A DNA stretch of 64,000 bases from Patescibacteria group bacterium (GTDB lineage: Bacteria; Patescibacteriota; Gracilibacteria; UBA1369; PNNO01). This document shows positions 37,701 to 45,347 of the stretch, piece by piece. A program made the translations under genes and the position numbers. The notes beneath the pieces were generated by a model, which did no database searches, was not told the origin of the DNA, and saw nothing but the letters and a program-made list of their open reading frames with translations. The DNA lies in assembly GCA_042568575.1 (NCBI GenBank), contig JBHPIO010000007.1:275-64274 (forward strand). The letters run 5' to 3'. Numbering within the stretch: the stretch's first letter is position 1; every line of letters begins with the position of its first letter.

Positions 37701-40050
37701 AGGTGAATGTCTTGATCTTGATATCGAACAAAACAGATTTGATCCTTCTGAGGATGAATATTCTGTAGATGTTGAGACAGATCCAGATGGCGAATACTAC
37801 AGAGTTGAATGGACTGTTGAACGTGACGGAGACTTTGTATTCCGTGCACGACTTTCAGACGACGAAATCGACTTTGATGATTATCCTGGATTCGACGCAG
37901 AATTCGGAGATACTCTGGAAGCTAGAGCAATCGATATTAGCGATCCAGACGATGTGTGTATCGATGCAATCTCTTCTCCAATTGAAGAAGGAGAATGTAT
38001 CGACCTAAACTTTAATCAAAGTGAATTTAATGTTAGCGATTCTACTTACAGTGTAGATGTTGAAGTAGATCCTGACTCAGCAGCATATCGTGTTGAATGG
38101 ACTGTACATCGTGGTAGAGATACTGTCCTAAGAGTTCGAACACGAAGAGATTATGTAGATTTAAGTGACTATCCAGGATACTGGAATTCAGCACAGCCAG
38201 GTGATGTATTACGTGCTCGTGCTATTGATATCGAAGATCCTGACAACGAATGTAGAGACGTACTTGAAAGTGAAGAAGAAGTATGTCGAGAATTCGAACT
38301 TGATCGAAACACATTCTCGAGAACAAGTGATCAGGAAATCTGTGTCGATTATACTGATTGGCCATACTTCGATGAATTACGTTACAGAATTGATGGTCAT
38401 GATGAAGGTTACGTTAACGTAGACGAATCACTTTGCTTCATCCTTGAAGAAGAAGACGTGAGAAACGCAAGCGATATCGAAATCTGGATAGATGGATTCT
38501 ATCAGGATTGTAGAGACGATCTTGAATATAAAGAACGTCCACCTCGATTCGATAAACGTGTTACAGACACAGCTCCGTCAAACTATACTCATAGAGCAGT
38601 TACCGATTGGGTTGGAGGAGATGTAGACTACATAATTAATTATGAACATTCTAACGCCAACGAACAAACTGTTGTAATTACAGATACAATCGGACGAAAT
38701 GGTGGTTATATCCAAGGTTATATTAAAAACAATAGAGGAGAAATCCTTGGAGAAAGCGGATCCCTTGATTATAACAATGACATGGAAATCAACGTCCCTG
38801 AATGTGACGGCGAAGATTACGATAGTGATTCCGACTTCTGTTATGAAGGAGATATTGGTGACGAGGACGGAGTAACTGTTTACAACGTTCCTGATAGCAG
38901 AGAAATCATTATTAGATATTCTGCTGAAATTAATAGTGAAGTTGATCCTAAAGAATGTAGTGACCCAACTTCAGCCTTTAACCGTCTTGGTTACTGTGGT
39001 GAAATTTACGACAACACTTCGGACTTCGTGGACGACACTGATAACGGTGCAAGAAGCACTGAAGTTTACATCCCTTGTCCTTATATCGTAATCCGAGCTG
39101 GTGGTGATGTATTCCTAGAAAACCCATTCGATTATGGTGTTGATACTCTAGTTTGTGCGGAAATCGCGAACGTTCCAGAAACAATTATCGAACCGGAACC
39201 TCCAAAACCAGAAGAGCTTGAAAAGACTGGTGGAGAAAACACTATTATCCCGGTAATGGATCACAGACTATGTCAGCAACAAGGTGAAATGTCACCTGAA
39301 GGATATAGAGGAATCGACAAGCTTTCTAGTTTGATTTGTGAAGTTTCTTTGGAAGTTTCTGAAGAACTTACACAAGCTGCAATTGTTCAAAACATCAATA
39401 CAAATAAGGAACGAATTGCAAGATACGATAAGAATCTAAACCTTTCTACTGGATGGAATAAAAATATTACTGGTGACAGTTCTGATGCACTTCCTAAATC
39501 TAATAATAATGTATATTACAAAGATGACGGAGATCTTCACTTCGATAATGGTGCTGCCGACGTAGTATTCACAAAAGGAGCACGAACATTCATCGTAGAA
39601 GGTCATGATGTATATATTGATAGCAATATCAGATACGAAGACGCATCACTTGCTGATCCTCGTGATATTCCATCAATCGCAATTATCGTAATTGGCGGAA
39701 ACATTGTAATCGCTGACGAAGTTTCGGAAACTACTGGTGTATTCTTCGTTCAAGAAGATCCAAAACGAGGCGTTGGAGGACAAATCTGTGAAGAACCTGT
39801 TGATCCGGCTAACCTTTGTGACGAAGATGCTGAAGCAGACGTGAGAGAGGCATATAACTCAAAGCGATATACTCAATTCGGGTCGATCTATGGTGATCTC
39901 CAACATCTATTCAAGTTTAGAACTGCTGCTGGTGATCCAAGATTCGAAGAAGGTGCTGTAGTTATCAGATTTGATAACAGGGTATTCCTAAATACTCCAC
40001 CGATCTTAAATGAACTTGTTCAGTTAAGTATCTCTGAAGCAGCGCTTTAA
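34723..40050 (+). CDS. giant Asp/Glu-rich secreted or surface protein (1775 aa), function unknown
   Basis: N-terminal signal/anchor (SIVALIVTGALLSLFSYVAIAAF), a globular N-domain, a P/A/V-rich spacer, 5-6 Cys-bracketed tandem repeats and a large C-terminal region. Confidence 0.88.
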   Translation: MKTKNLIKSIVALIVTGALLSLFSYVAIAAFGSQHNHSSKCDSQNCVTWHNNGYSMNGKYKNGVPFATFNGYKDNRSEDGMPFDERQFMYIESEYADHDGQYPAPRSPWDFRVEDHGLQPYNFSQGTSHHINFGNSDEPVYVGFWAYVHNNGVADQHEAEYSRIKITDYYGTSTSHNPKYTLWAQNTKPRIVFADTQVTGSKPFSLNLVEGYYDRESNSPGFADNRKMTQAQLNQVRSAGGLSISSNAQYDNNTKAGIIDSSDLHYMVVYLEFEAVPQDTPECRSLNISFPSDAVDGQSNIFNVPSWESPEGGFSDQIMQIQIDADPGSYTRFQYITPNPDDVKFKRYIADTDLTQNLFTNNQYVYLDGEPDEGDTQYLMVFAVDENDDWVGGSCADAVKIVRPDISECAELNTDPGRSHQYDLMAGEEVDISVDNITDTDGEDFRPEGEVPLLEYCYSGDIDWNWSENNIFPSPGGDEPEIAPFARPELQLMRPELQIAPYLTDDFLINPEIQAPFDPEEVMNPESNYLQVTEGMILKTKVLPGVAESYDLNATATGVAVPAVTGTAIGEAVTSEPYELPLSLGEPISIDALQFAPAIAAVDVESTSLTAPRAIEASPAAISAPGLAVEATLAPVAESLVSPRLQLIPQLLYFNPHCVIAPADQVLNDVVPLEPGTMTIRALDAPEICWDSFDVGGGQCIDLEINEDSFEPDNSVYTVTVNVNPDTTDYSVTWIVERPGHDGPLIAVTTEGTDRDTVDLSEHGYTYEDGDRLHAQAISDNQEFDPNAVCVDVLERAAGQCVDLDIDQDEFTEDNSQYSVTVDVEPDDEDYRVRWTVFRDGEPNPVLDVTTEGAAVNEIDLDDYSTYTYEEGDTLHVEAIDINDPNNNCIDELVAELGECLDLYLDQDEFEIEDPTYNVNVETDPSNAEYDVLWTIERDGDTELEVVTEGDFLDLRDYSNYTPEAGDSLRAQAIAIDDPDNLCIDEIDSQTPEGECLDLDIEQNRFDPSEDEYSVDVETDPDGEYYRVEWTVERDGDFVFRARLSDDEIDFDDYPGFDAEFGDTLEARAIDISDPDDVCIDAISSPIEEGECIDLNFNQSEFNVSDSTYSVDVEVDPDSAAYRVEWTVHRGRDTVLRVRTRRDYVDLSDYPGYWNSAQPGDVLRARAIDIEDPDNECRDVLESEEEVCREFELDRNTFSRTSDQEICVDYTDWPYFDELRYRIDGHDEGYVNVDESLCFILEEEDVRNASDIEIWIDGFYQDCRDDLEYKERPPRFDKRVTDTAPSNYTHRAVTDWVGGDVDYIINYEHSNANEQTVVITDTIGRNGGYIQGYIKNNRGEILGESGSLDYNNDMEINVPECDGEDYDSDSDFCYEGDIGDEDGVTVYNVPDSREIIIRYSAEINSEVDPKECSDPTSAFNRLGYCGEIYDNTSDFVDDTDNGARSTEVYIPCPYIVIRAGGDVFLENPFDYGVDTLVCAEIANVPETIIEPEPPKPEELEKTGGENTIIPVMDHRLCQQQGEMSPEGYRGIDKLSSLICEVSLEVSEELTQAAIVQNINTNKERIARYDKNLNLSTGWNKNITGDSSDALPKSNNNVYYKDDGDLHFDNGAADVVFTKGARTFIVEGHDVYIDSNIRYEDASLADPRDIPSIAIIVIGGNIVIADEVSETTGVFFVQEDPKRGVGGQICEEPVDPANLCDEDAEADVREAYNSKRYTQFGSIYGDLQHLFKFRTAAGDPRFEEGAVVIRFDNRVFLNTPPILNELVQLSISEAAL
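36811..38540 (+). repeat. tandem protein repeats (5 clear units plus 1 degenerate), about 288-306 nt each
   Basis: Unit starts are at about 36811, 37117, 37414, 37702 and 37990, with a degenerate unit from 38281. Each unit runs G(E/Q)C(I/L/V)DL..(E/Q)..F......Y.V.V...PD...Y.V.W.V.R.G........... D(L/F)..Y......GD.L.A.AI...DP.N.C(I/V)D. Confidence 0.9.
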
Positions 40051-40070
40051 GAAAACAAATTTTAATTGAA

Positions 40071-40103
40071 AGAGTCCCGTAGAAATGCGGGGCTCTTTTT
40101 TTA
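40071..40103 (+). terminator. rho-independent terminator of the giant-ORF operon
   Basis: 9-bp stem (agagtcccg / cggggctct, one G-U pair), 8-nt loop, then a T-rich run starting 21 nt after the stop codon. Confidence 0.8.
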
Positions 40104-40118
40104 GAGTACTAAGTACTC
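40104..40118. promoter_or_regulatory. perfect 15-nt palindrome (candidate operator)
   Basis: GAGTACT-A-AGTACTC read directly. It abuts the -35 element of the holA promoter. Confidence 0.4.
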
Positions 40119-40119
40119 C

Positions 40120-40148
40120 TTGAATACACACCACGCTTTCTTTATAAT
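40120..40148 (+). promoter_or_regulatory. holA promoter
   Basis: TTGAAT (40120-40125), 17-nt spacer, TATAAT (40143-40148). About 29 nt upstream of ATG 40177. Confidence 0.55.
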
Positions 40149-40176
40149 GACCTCCCTACTTCCATAAATCCCCAAA

Positions 40177-41163
40177 ATGGCAAAAAAGAATAACGTATTT
40201 CTTTTTTACGGAGAGGAAACTTACTTAGCTCATCAGAAGCTAAAGCTTTGGCGTGAAAAGTTTGAGGAGAAGTATGGTGGGGATATGAACATTGCCCAAT
40301 TGGAAGGCAAGGGTTTGCAATCTTCAGATTTGGAGAGCGATATCCAGTCAGCTCCTTTTTTGGCTGAAAAGAGGCTTGTTATAGTTACAGACTTTTTAGC
40401 AAAGGGAACAAAAGACGAACAAAAAAAAGTTGCGGAGATATTAGAAAAAGAAGTCCCTGACTTCTGCATTCTCGTTTTTTCGGAAGATAAAATGCCAGAC
40501 AAACGTGCGTCACTTTATAAAAAACTAAATAAAGTCGGAAATCTGGAAGAATTTACTGCATTAATGGGGCACTCGCTTGCAAAATGGATTATGGATAGAG
40601 CGGTAGAGAAAGAAATGAAGATTCCAATGGCAATGGCAGATTATCTCGGAGAAGTTGCAGGGAGTGATCTTTGGAATCTTGAAAACGAACTAAATAAACT
40701 AAAAATGTATAGTCGAGAAAAACCAATCACGAAGGAAGCAATCGACGATCTTGTTCATCCGAATTTAACAACAACTATCTTTAAGTTTACAGACTATCTT
40801 GCTCAAAGAAATCCGAAAGGTTCACTTCACACCTTGCATATTTTGCTTGAAAGCGGCGAAGATATTGTGAAAATTTTGTTTATGATTGTGAGACATTTCA
40901 GAATTCTTATTCAAGTTAAAGATCTTGTAGATCGTGGAACAAGAAAGCCTGATATTGTTTCTAGGCTCAAGCAGCACCCTTATACAATCTCAACAACAAT
41001 GCAACAAAGCCCCAACTTTTCTCCGCAATCACTACGGAAAGTTTATGAGGCTTTGCTACAAATTGATATAGGTCTTAAGACCGGTAAGATACGACTTTTA
41101 GCTGATGACAAGAAAGAAATCTTGCTGGCACTCGAACAGTTTGTTCATACTGTTTGTGCCTAG
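40177..41163 (+). CDS. holA: DNA polymerase III subunit delta
   Basis: 328 aa with a delta-subunit N-terminal pattern (VFLFYGEETYL..) and a C-terminal helical domain. Confidence 0.8.
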   Translation: MAKKNNVFLFYGEETYLAHQKLKLWREKFEEKYGGDMNIAQLEGKGLQSSDLESDIQSAPFLAEKRLVIVTDFLAKGTKDEQKKVAEILEKEVPDFCILVFSEDKMPDKRASLYKKLNKVGNLEEFTALMGHSLAKWIMDRAVEKEMKIPMAMADYLGEVAGSDLWNLENELNKLKMYSREKPITKEAIDDLVHPNLTTTIFKFTDYLAQRNPKGSLHTLHILLESGEDIVKILFMIVRHFRILIQVKDLVDRGTRKPDIVSRLKQHPYTISTTMQQSPNFSPQSLRKVYEALLQIDIGLKTGKIRLLADDKKEILLALEQFVHTVCA

Positions 41164-41166
41164 AAA

Positions 41167-42600
41167 TTAAATCGATTCGTAAGCGTCCCCGACCCTCAAA
41201 ATAAGATCTTCTTTAAATTGAGGACCAATAATTTGCATACCAATTGGAAGATCCTTTTTTGTTTTTCCACAAGGAACATTCAATGCAGGAACACCTGCAA
41301 TCGAAACTGGAATTGTAAGTGCATCAGCCAAATACATCTGCAATGGATCATCTTTCTTTTCACCTGCTTTAAATGGAGGGAATGGAGAAGTTGGACCAAT
41401 CAAAACATCAACCTTTTCAAAAGCTTTATTAAAATCCTCAATAATCAAAGTTCGAACTTTTTGAGCTTTTTTATAATATGCATCATAATAACCAGCAGAT
41501 AAAACATAAGTCCCCATCATAATTCGACGTTTAATTTCGTCACCAAAATTTTCCCCTCGTGAATTGTAATAATAATCCTGCAGACTATCCCCTTCTTCAG
41601 ATGGTTTTCTTCCAAAACGAATTGAATCAAAACGCGCAAGATTAGCACTTAATTCAGCCGGCATAATAATATAATAAGCCGCAACAGCGTATTTGGTAGT
41701 TGGAAGAGACACTTGTTCGATTATTGCACCCGCATCTTCAAACTTTTTAAGAGCATTTTCAATTGATTCTTTAACTTCAGGGTCTGTATTCTCATCCATA
41801 TATTCTTTTGGCACTCCAATTTTAAGACCTTTCACGTCTCTGGTAAGACTTTCGACATAATTAGGAACATCTACAGCTGGAGTTGTTGAATCCAAATTGT
41901 CCGTGCCAGCAATATTTTGCAAAACAAGTGCGCAATCACGAACATTTTTTGCAAAAGGACCTATCGTATCTAAAGAAGAAGCCATTGAAGTAACGCCACT
42001 TCTAGAAACACGTCCGTATGTAACTTTTAAACCAACAACACCACAAAAAGATGCTGGTTGTCTTATTGAGCCTCCTGTATCTGTCCCGAGAGAATATAAG
42101 CATGAATTGGTTGCAACTGCTGCTGCAGAGCCTCCTGAGGAACCACCAGGAACGTAATCAGGATTATGTGGATTTTTTGTTGAACCAAAATGACTATGTT
42201 CTGTTGAACTTCCGCATGCAAATTCATCTAAATTAGTTTTTCCAATCATTAACATTCCTGCATCGCGTAATCTTTTTACTACTGTTGCATCGTATGGCGG
42301 CACAAAATCCTCAAGCATTTTCGAAGCACATGTACTTTTTACACCTTTCGTATTAATTAAATCTTTAATTCCACATGGGATTCCCTCTAAAACTCCAATT
42401 TTTTCTCCAGATTGAATTTTTTTGTCGACTTTTTCTGCTTGTTCCAAAGCTTCTTCATCAGTAATTGTGACAAAAACATTAAACTCATCGTTTGAAGCAC
42501 GAGCCTGCTTTAAAGCTTCCTCAGTTAACTCCGTACAAGAAAATTCTTTTTCCTTAAACCCTTTATGTGCACTCTCTATCGTAAATCCAGATAAATTCAT
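41167..42600 (-). CDS. gatA: Glu/Asp-tRNA amidotransferase subunit A
   Basis: Amidase signature GGSSGGSAAAVA and GTDTGGSIRQPASFCG. 477 aa. Lies downstream of gatC. Confidence 0.95.
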   Translation of the reverse strand: MNLSGFTIESAHKGFKEKEFSCTELTEEALKQARASNDEFNVFVTITDEEALEQAEKVDKKIQSGEKIGVLEGIPCGIKDLINTKGVKSTCASKMLEDFVPPYDATVVKRLRDAGMLMIGKTNLDEFACGSSTEHSHFGSTKNPHNPDYVPGGSSGGSAAAVATNSCLYSLGTDTGGSIRQPASFCGVVGLKVTYGRVSRSGVTSMASSLDTIGPFAKNVRDCALVLQNIAGTDNLDSTTPAVDVPNYVESLTRDVKGLKIGVPKEYMDENTDPEVKESIENALKKFEDAGAIIEQVSLPTTKYAVAAYYIIMPAELSANLARFDSIRFGRKPSEEGDSLQDYYYNSRGENFGDEIKRRIMMGTYVLSAGYYDAYYKKAQKVRTLIIEDFNKAFEKVDVLIGPTSPFPPFKAGEKKDDPLQMYLADALTIPVSIAGVPALNVPCGKTKKDLPIGMQIIGPQFKEDLILRVGDAYESI

Positions 42601-42609
42601 CAGTATTTT

Positions 42610-42900
42610 TTACATTTTAATAACCGGCTTAACCCGCACCTGCTTGCGTTCTTTAGGTAAAGGTGAACATAATAAAAGATCTTCACCATCACACTTTCGT
42701 GTAATCTCATCTTTTTCAGTAACATTTTGAAGACCTGTAACTTGAGAAGTTTCCTCTACTCCTTCGGTATCAACAGAGTTTAAAAGTTCTACATATTCAA
42801 ATACATCACTCAACTGAGTCGAAAAAGTTTTAATTTCTTTCTCGGTTAGCGTGAGCCTAGCCAGTTTTGCTATGTGTTTTACTTCGTCTTCTGAAATCAT
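42610..42900 (-). CDS. gatC: Glu/Asp-tRNA amidotransferase subunit C
   Basis: MISEDEVKHIAKLARLTLTEKEI is a typical GatC N-terminus. ATG at 42898-42900 is preferred to the track start. Confidence 0.88.
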   Translation of the reverse strand: MISEDEVKHIAKLARLTLTEKEIKTFSTQLSDVFEYVELLNSVDTEGVEETSQVTGLQNVTEKDEITRKCDGEDLLLCSPLPKERKQVRVKPVIKM

Positions 42901-42981
42901 AAAAATTTGAATTAACCAAAGCCAGTTTAGCGAAAAGTATCCCAAAAGTTAATATGTTTTTTTACAGGCGATTCTTGTATA

Positions 42982-43323
42982 ATGGACGTTGATGCATGCA
43001 CAACTTTTTTAAAAGGTATGAACTTAGAACACAACATTCAGAAAATAGCACTTATCTTCTTTTTCATAACTGGTACGGCACATATTATTTCGTATCTTAT
43101 GATCCTCAATGGATATGCGCCAGATACAGCCTTTATGATAAGGACGATTGTTGAAATACCTTTCATTATTACTGCAGCAATTTATGGATTTATAAGTTTA
43201 AAAATAAGCATTGCGCAGCCGGATAAAAAACACAAAATAAGTAACATTTTATTTATTGCGTTCATTATCGTTCTTTTCGCGGCACTTATATATCTTAACC
43301 TCTTTATTCCTGACAGATTCTAA
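42982..43323 (+). CDS. hypothetical membrane protein
   Basis: 113 aa with 3 hydrophobic helices. No family recognised. Confidence 0.5.
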   Translation: MDVDACTTFLKGMNLEHNIQKIALIFFFITGTAHIISYLMILNGYAPDTAFMIRTIVEIPFIITAAIYGFISLKISIAQPDKKHKISNILFIAFIIVLFAALIYLNLFIPDRF

Positions 43324-43782
43324 ATGACGCCCGAAAAAGATGATGGAAAAAAAATTATGGTATTTGGAACATTCGATGTATTTCACGCAGGACATGAATA
43401 TTTCTTAAGAGAAGCAAAACAGCTTGGAGACTACCTAATTGCAGTTATTGCAAGAGACAGTACAGTTCAAAAAGTAAAAGGCGAACTCCCGCAGCACGAT
43501 GAAAGAGACCGACTTCACGCTGTAAAAGAGAGTGGATACGCAGACAAAGTCACACTGGGAAGCGAAGATGACAAATACAAAGTAATTCGAAAATATAAAC
43601 CAGATATAATAGCACTCGGATACGACCAATTTGTATTCACATATGCATTAAATAAAATAATAATAGACGAAAATCTGGATACGGAAATCATAAGACTTGA
43701 GCCGTATGAACCATCAATGTATAAATCATCATTAATTAAAACCCTTGCCGAAGATGAAGAAGAAAACGAAAAAGCATCATAA
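43324..43782 (+). CDS. cytidylyltransferase-fold nucleotidyltransferase, RibL-like (archaeal-type FAD synthase candidate)
   Basis: (T/H)xGH motif GTFDVFHAGH, then LIAVIARDSTVQKVKG..P...E.R. Resembles archaeal RibL as I recall it. 152 aa. Confidence 0.65.
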   Translation: MTPEKDDGKKIMVFGTFDVFHAGHEYFLREAKQLGDYLIAVIARDSTVQKVKGELPQHDERDRLHAVKESGYADKVTLGSEDDKYKVIRKYKPDIIALGYDQFVFTYALNKIIIDENLDTEIIRLEPYEPSMYKSSLIKTLAEDEEENEKAS

Positions 43783-44725
43783 GCCTCATAAGAGGAAACA
43801 CGTGTTTATAAAGCATATATGGAAAGCACTGCGCTTAAGCTCATCTAACATGTGGCGAAATAAATTCCTAAGTATTGCTACTATTTTTGTGATGGGAATT
43901 TTGATTTTTATTTTCAATATTATTCTTGGAGTTAATTATGTTACTAAATCCGCGTTAGACGATCTAACAAGAAAAGTTGATATCGTTGTTTATTTGAAAG
44001 ATAACACTGAGTATTATCAAATCCAGCAAATGACAGGTGAACTTAATGCACTTGATGGAGTTGTAGAGGTCTCATACACATCAAAAAGTGATGCACTTGA
44101 GATTGTCTCGCAAACACATCCCAAAACAGCGGACTTTTTAACTAGATATGGTGTTGATAATCCCCTTCCGGCAAGTATTAATGTAAGAACAGAGCATCCT
44201 GAACTTCATATAATGGTTCAACAATTTTTGAATCAGGAAAAATACAGGCACATGCTTGCAAATGTTGTCACAGACACGGAAGCGCAAAATACAGCAAGCA
44301 ACGCAGTAACAAAAAACTTGATTAATCTTTCAAATGCAACTAACCAAATCATTTTCTGGGTATTTGTTGTGTTTATTACAGGAGCGGTTTTAATTGTTTC
44401 TAATGCGATTCAGCTTACAATTTATACTCGGCAACGCGAAATTTATATTATGAGACTCGTTGGAGCGACACGAAGCTTCATACAGCTTCCATTTTTGTTT
44501 GAAGGACTATTTTACGGAGTTATAGCAATGCTTTTAGCATCACTTCTTCTGGTTATAATGGCTACTCAAATTCAAATCGCACAAATAAGTATTGCGGAGT
44601 ATATCAAAAACATACCCCTTATAACTGTATTCTTTATTGAACTTGCAGCAGTTGTAGTTATTGGAATTTTATGCAGCTTCATTGCTGTTTACAGATACAT
44701 GCAAAATAAATTAATTCACGATTAA
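43754..44725 (+). CDS. ftsX: cell division permease-like protein FtsX
   Basis: N-terminal TM, extracellular domain, then 3 C-terminal TM helices with MRLVGATRSFIQLPFLFEG. ATG at 43754 is preferred to the TTG at 43745. Confidence 0.85.
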   Translation: MKKKTKKHHKPHKRKHVFIKHIWKALRLSSSNMWRNKFLSIATIFVMGILIFIFNIILGVNYVTKSALDDLTRKVDIVVYLKDNTEYYQIQQMTGELNALDGVVEVSYTSKSDALEIVSQTHPKTADFLTRYGVDNPLPASINVRTEHPELHIMVQQFLNQEKYRHMLANVVTDTEAQNTASNAVTKNLINLSNATNQIIFWVFVVFITGAVLIVSNAIQLTIYTRQREIYIMRLVGATRSFIQLPFLFEGLFYGVIAMLLASLLLVIMATQIQIAQISIAEYIKNIPLITVFFIELAAVVVIGILCSFIAVYRYMQNKLIHD

Positions 44726-44729
44726 AAGC

Positions 44730-45347
44730 ATGCGGACTTACAAGACCACAGGAATAGTTCTTCATAAAAGATCGCTTGGTGAAAAAGATTACGCGGTAAC
44801 TCTTTTTACTCCGTGTCATGGAAAAATTCAAGTTATGGCACGAGGCGCACGAAATATAAAAAGTAAATTCACAGGACATGTTGATCTGTTAAATATTTGC
44901 GAAGTGCAAATTTATAACGGTCCAAGAAATTCAATCCTTTCCGACTGCAATCTAGATATAAATTACGCACATTTCAGAGAAGACCTAAACAAGTTCTACA
45001 TATGTGAGGAAATCGCAAAAATGATTAGAAATTTCACTAAGGAAGATGAAAACAGTGAAGATATTTACGACCTGCTCATGGAAACATTTGCAGCATTAAA
45101 TATTTACAACAAAGAAACATTAATTTTCGAAGCATTTAAAGTGAAATTATTCTACCTACTCGGAAATATGCCTGACGTTTATAGTCTTTCTGATACAGAA
45201 TTCTCACATTTTGACATTCGGCAAAAAAAACTACTCAAGTTTTTACTTTCCCAGGCCTATAGCGAAATAATTCGAGTATATTTAGATAAAAAAGACACAC
45301 ATTTATTGCAAAAGATGACGAACGACCTACTTGCATACGCTACGTAA
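44730..45347 (+). CDS. recO: DNA repair protein RecO
   Basis: OB-fold N-terminus typical of RecO (TTGIVLHKRSLGEKDYAVTLFTPCHGKIQVMARGAR). 205 aa. Confidence 0.82.
   Translation: MRTYKTTGIVLHKRSLGEKDYAVTLFTPCHGKIQVMARGARNIKSKFTGHVDLLNICEVQIYNGPRNSILSDCNLDINYAHFREDLNKFYICEEIAKMIRNFTKEDENSEDIYDLLMETFAALNIYNKETLIFEAFKVKLFYLLGNMPDVYSLSDTEFSHFDIRQKKLLKFLLSQAYSEIIRVYLDKKDTHLLQKMTNDLLAYAT

Noticed and set aside
39217-39234. LEKTGG in the 1775-aa protein as a sortase LPXTG-like sorting signal.
   Set aside because: It lies about 270 aa before the C-terminus, lacks the Pro, and is not followed by a hydrophobic helix and basic tail.
43754-44725. ftsX without an adjacent ftsE, considered as an anomaly.
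   Set aside because: Absence from a 64-kb window says nothing about the rest of the genome. ftsE/ftsX separation is not rare in reduced genomes.
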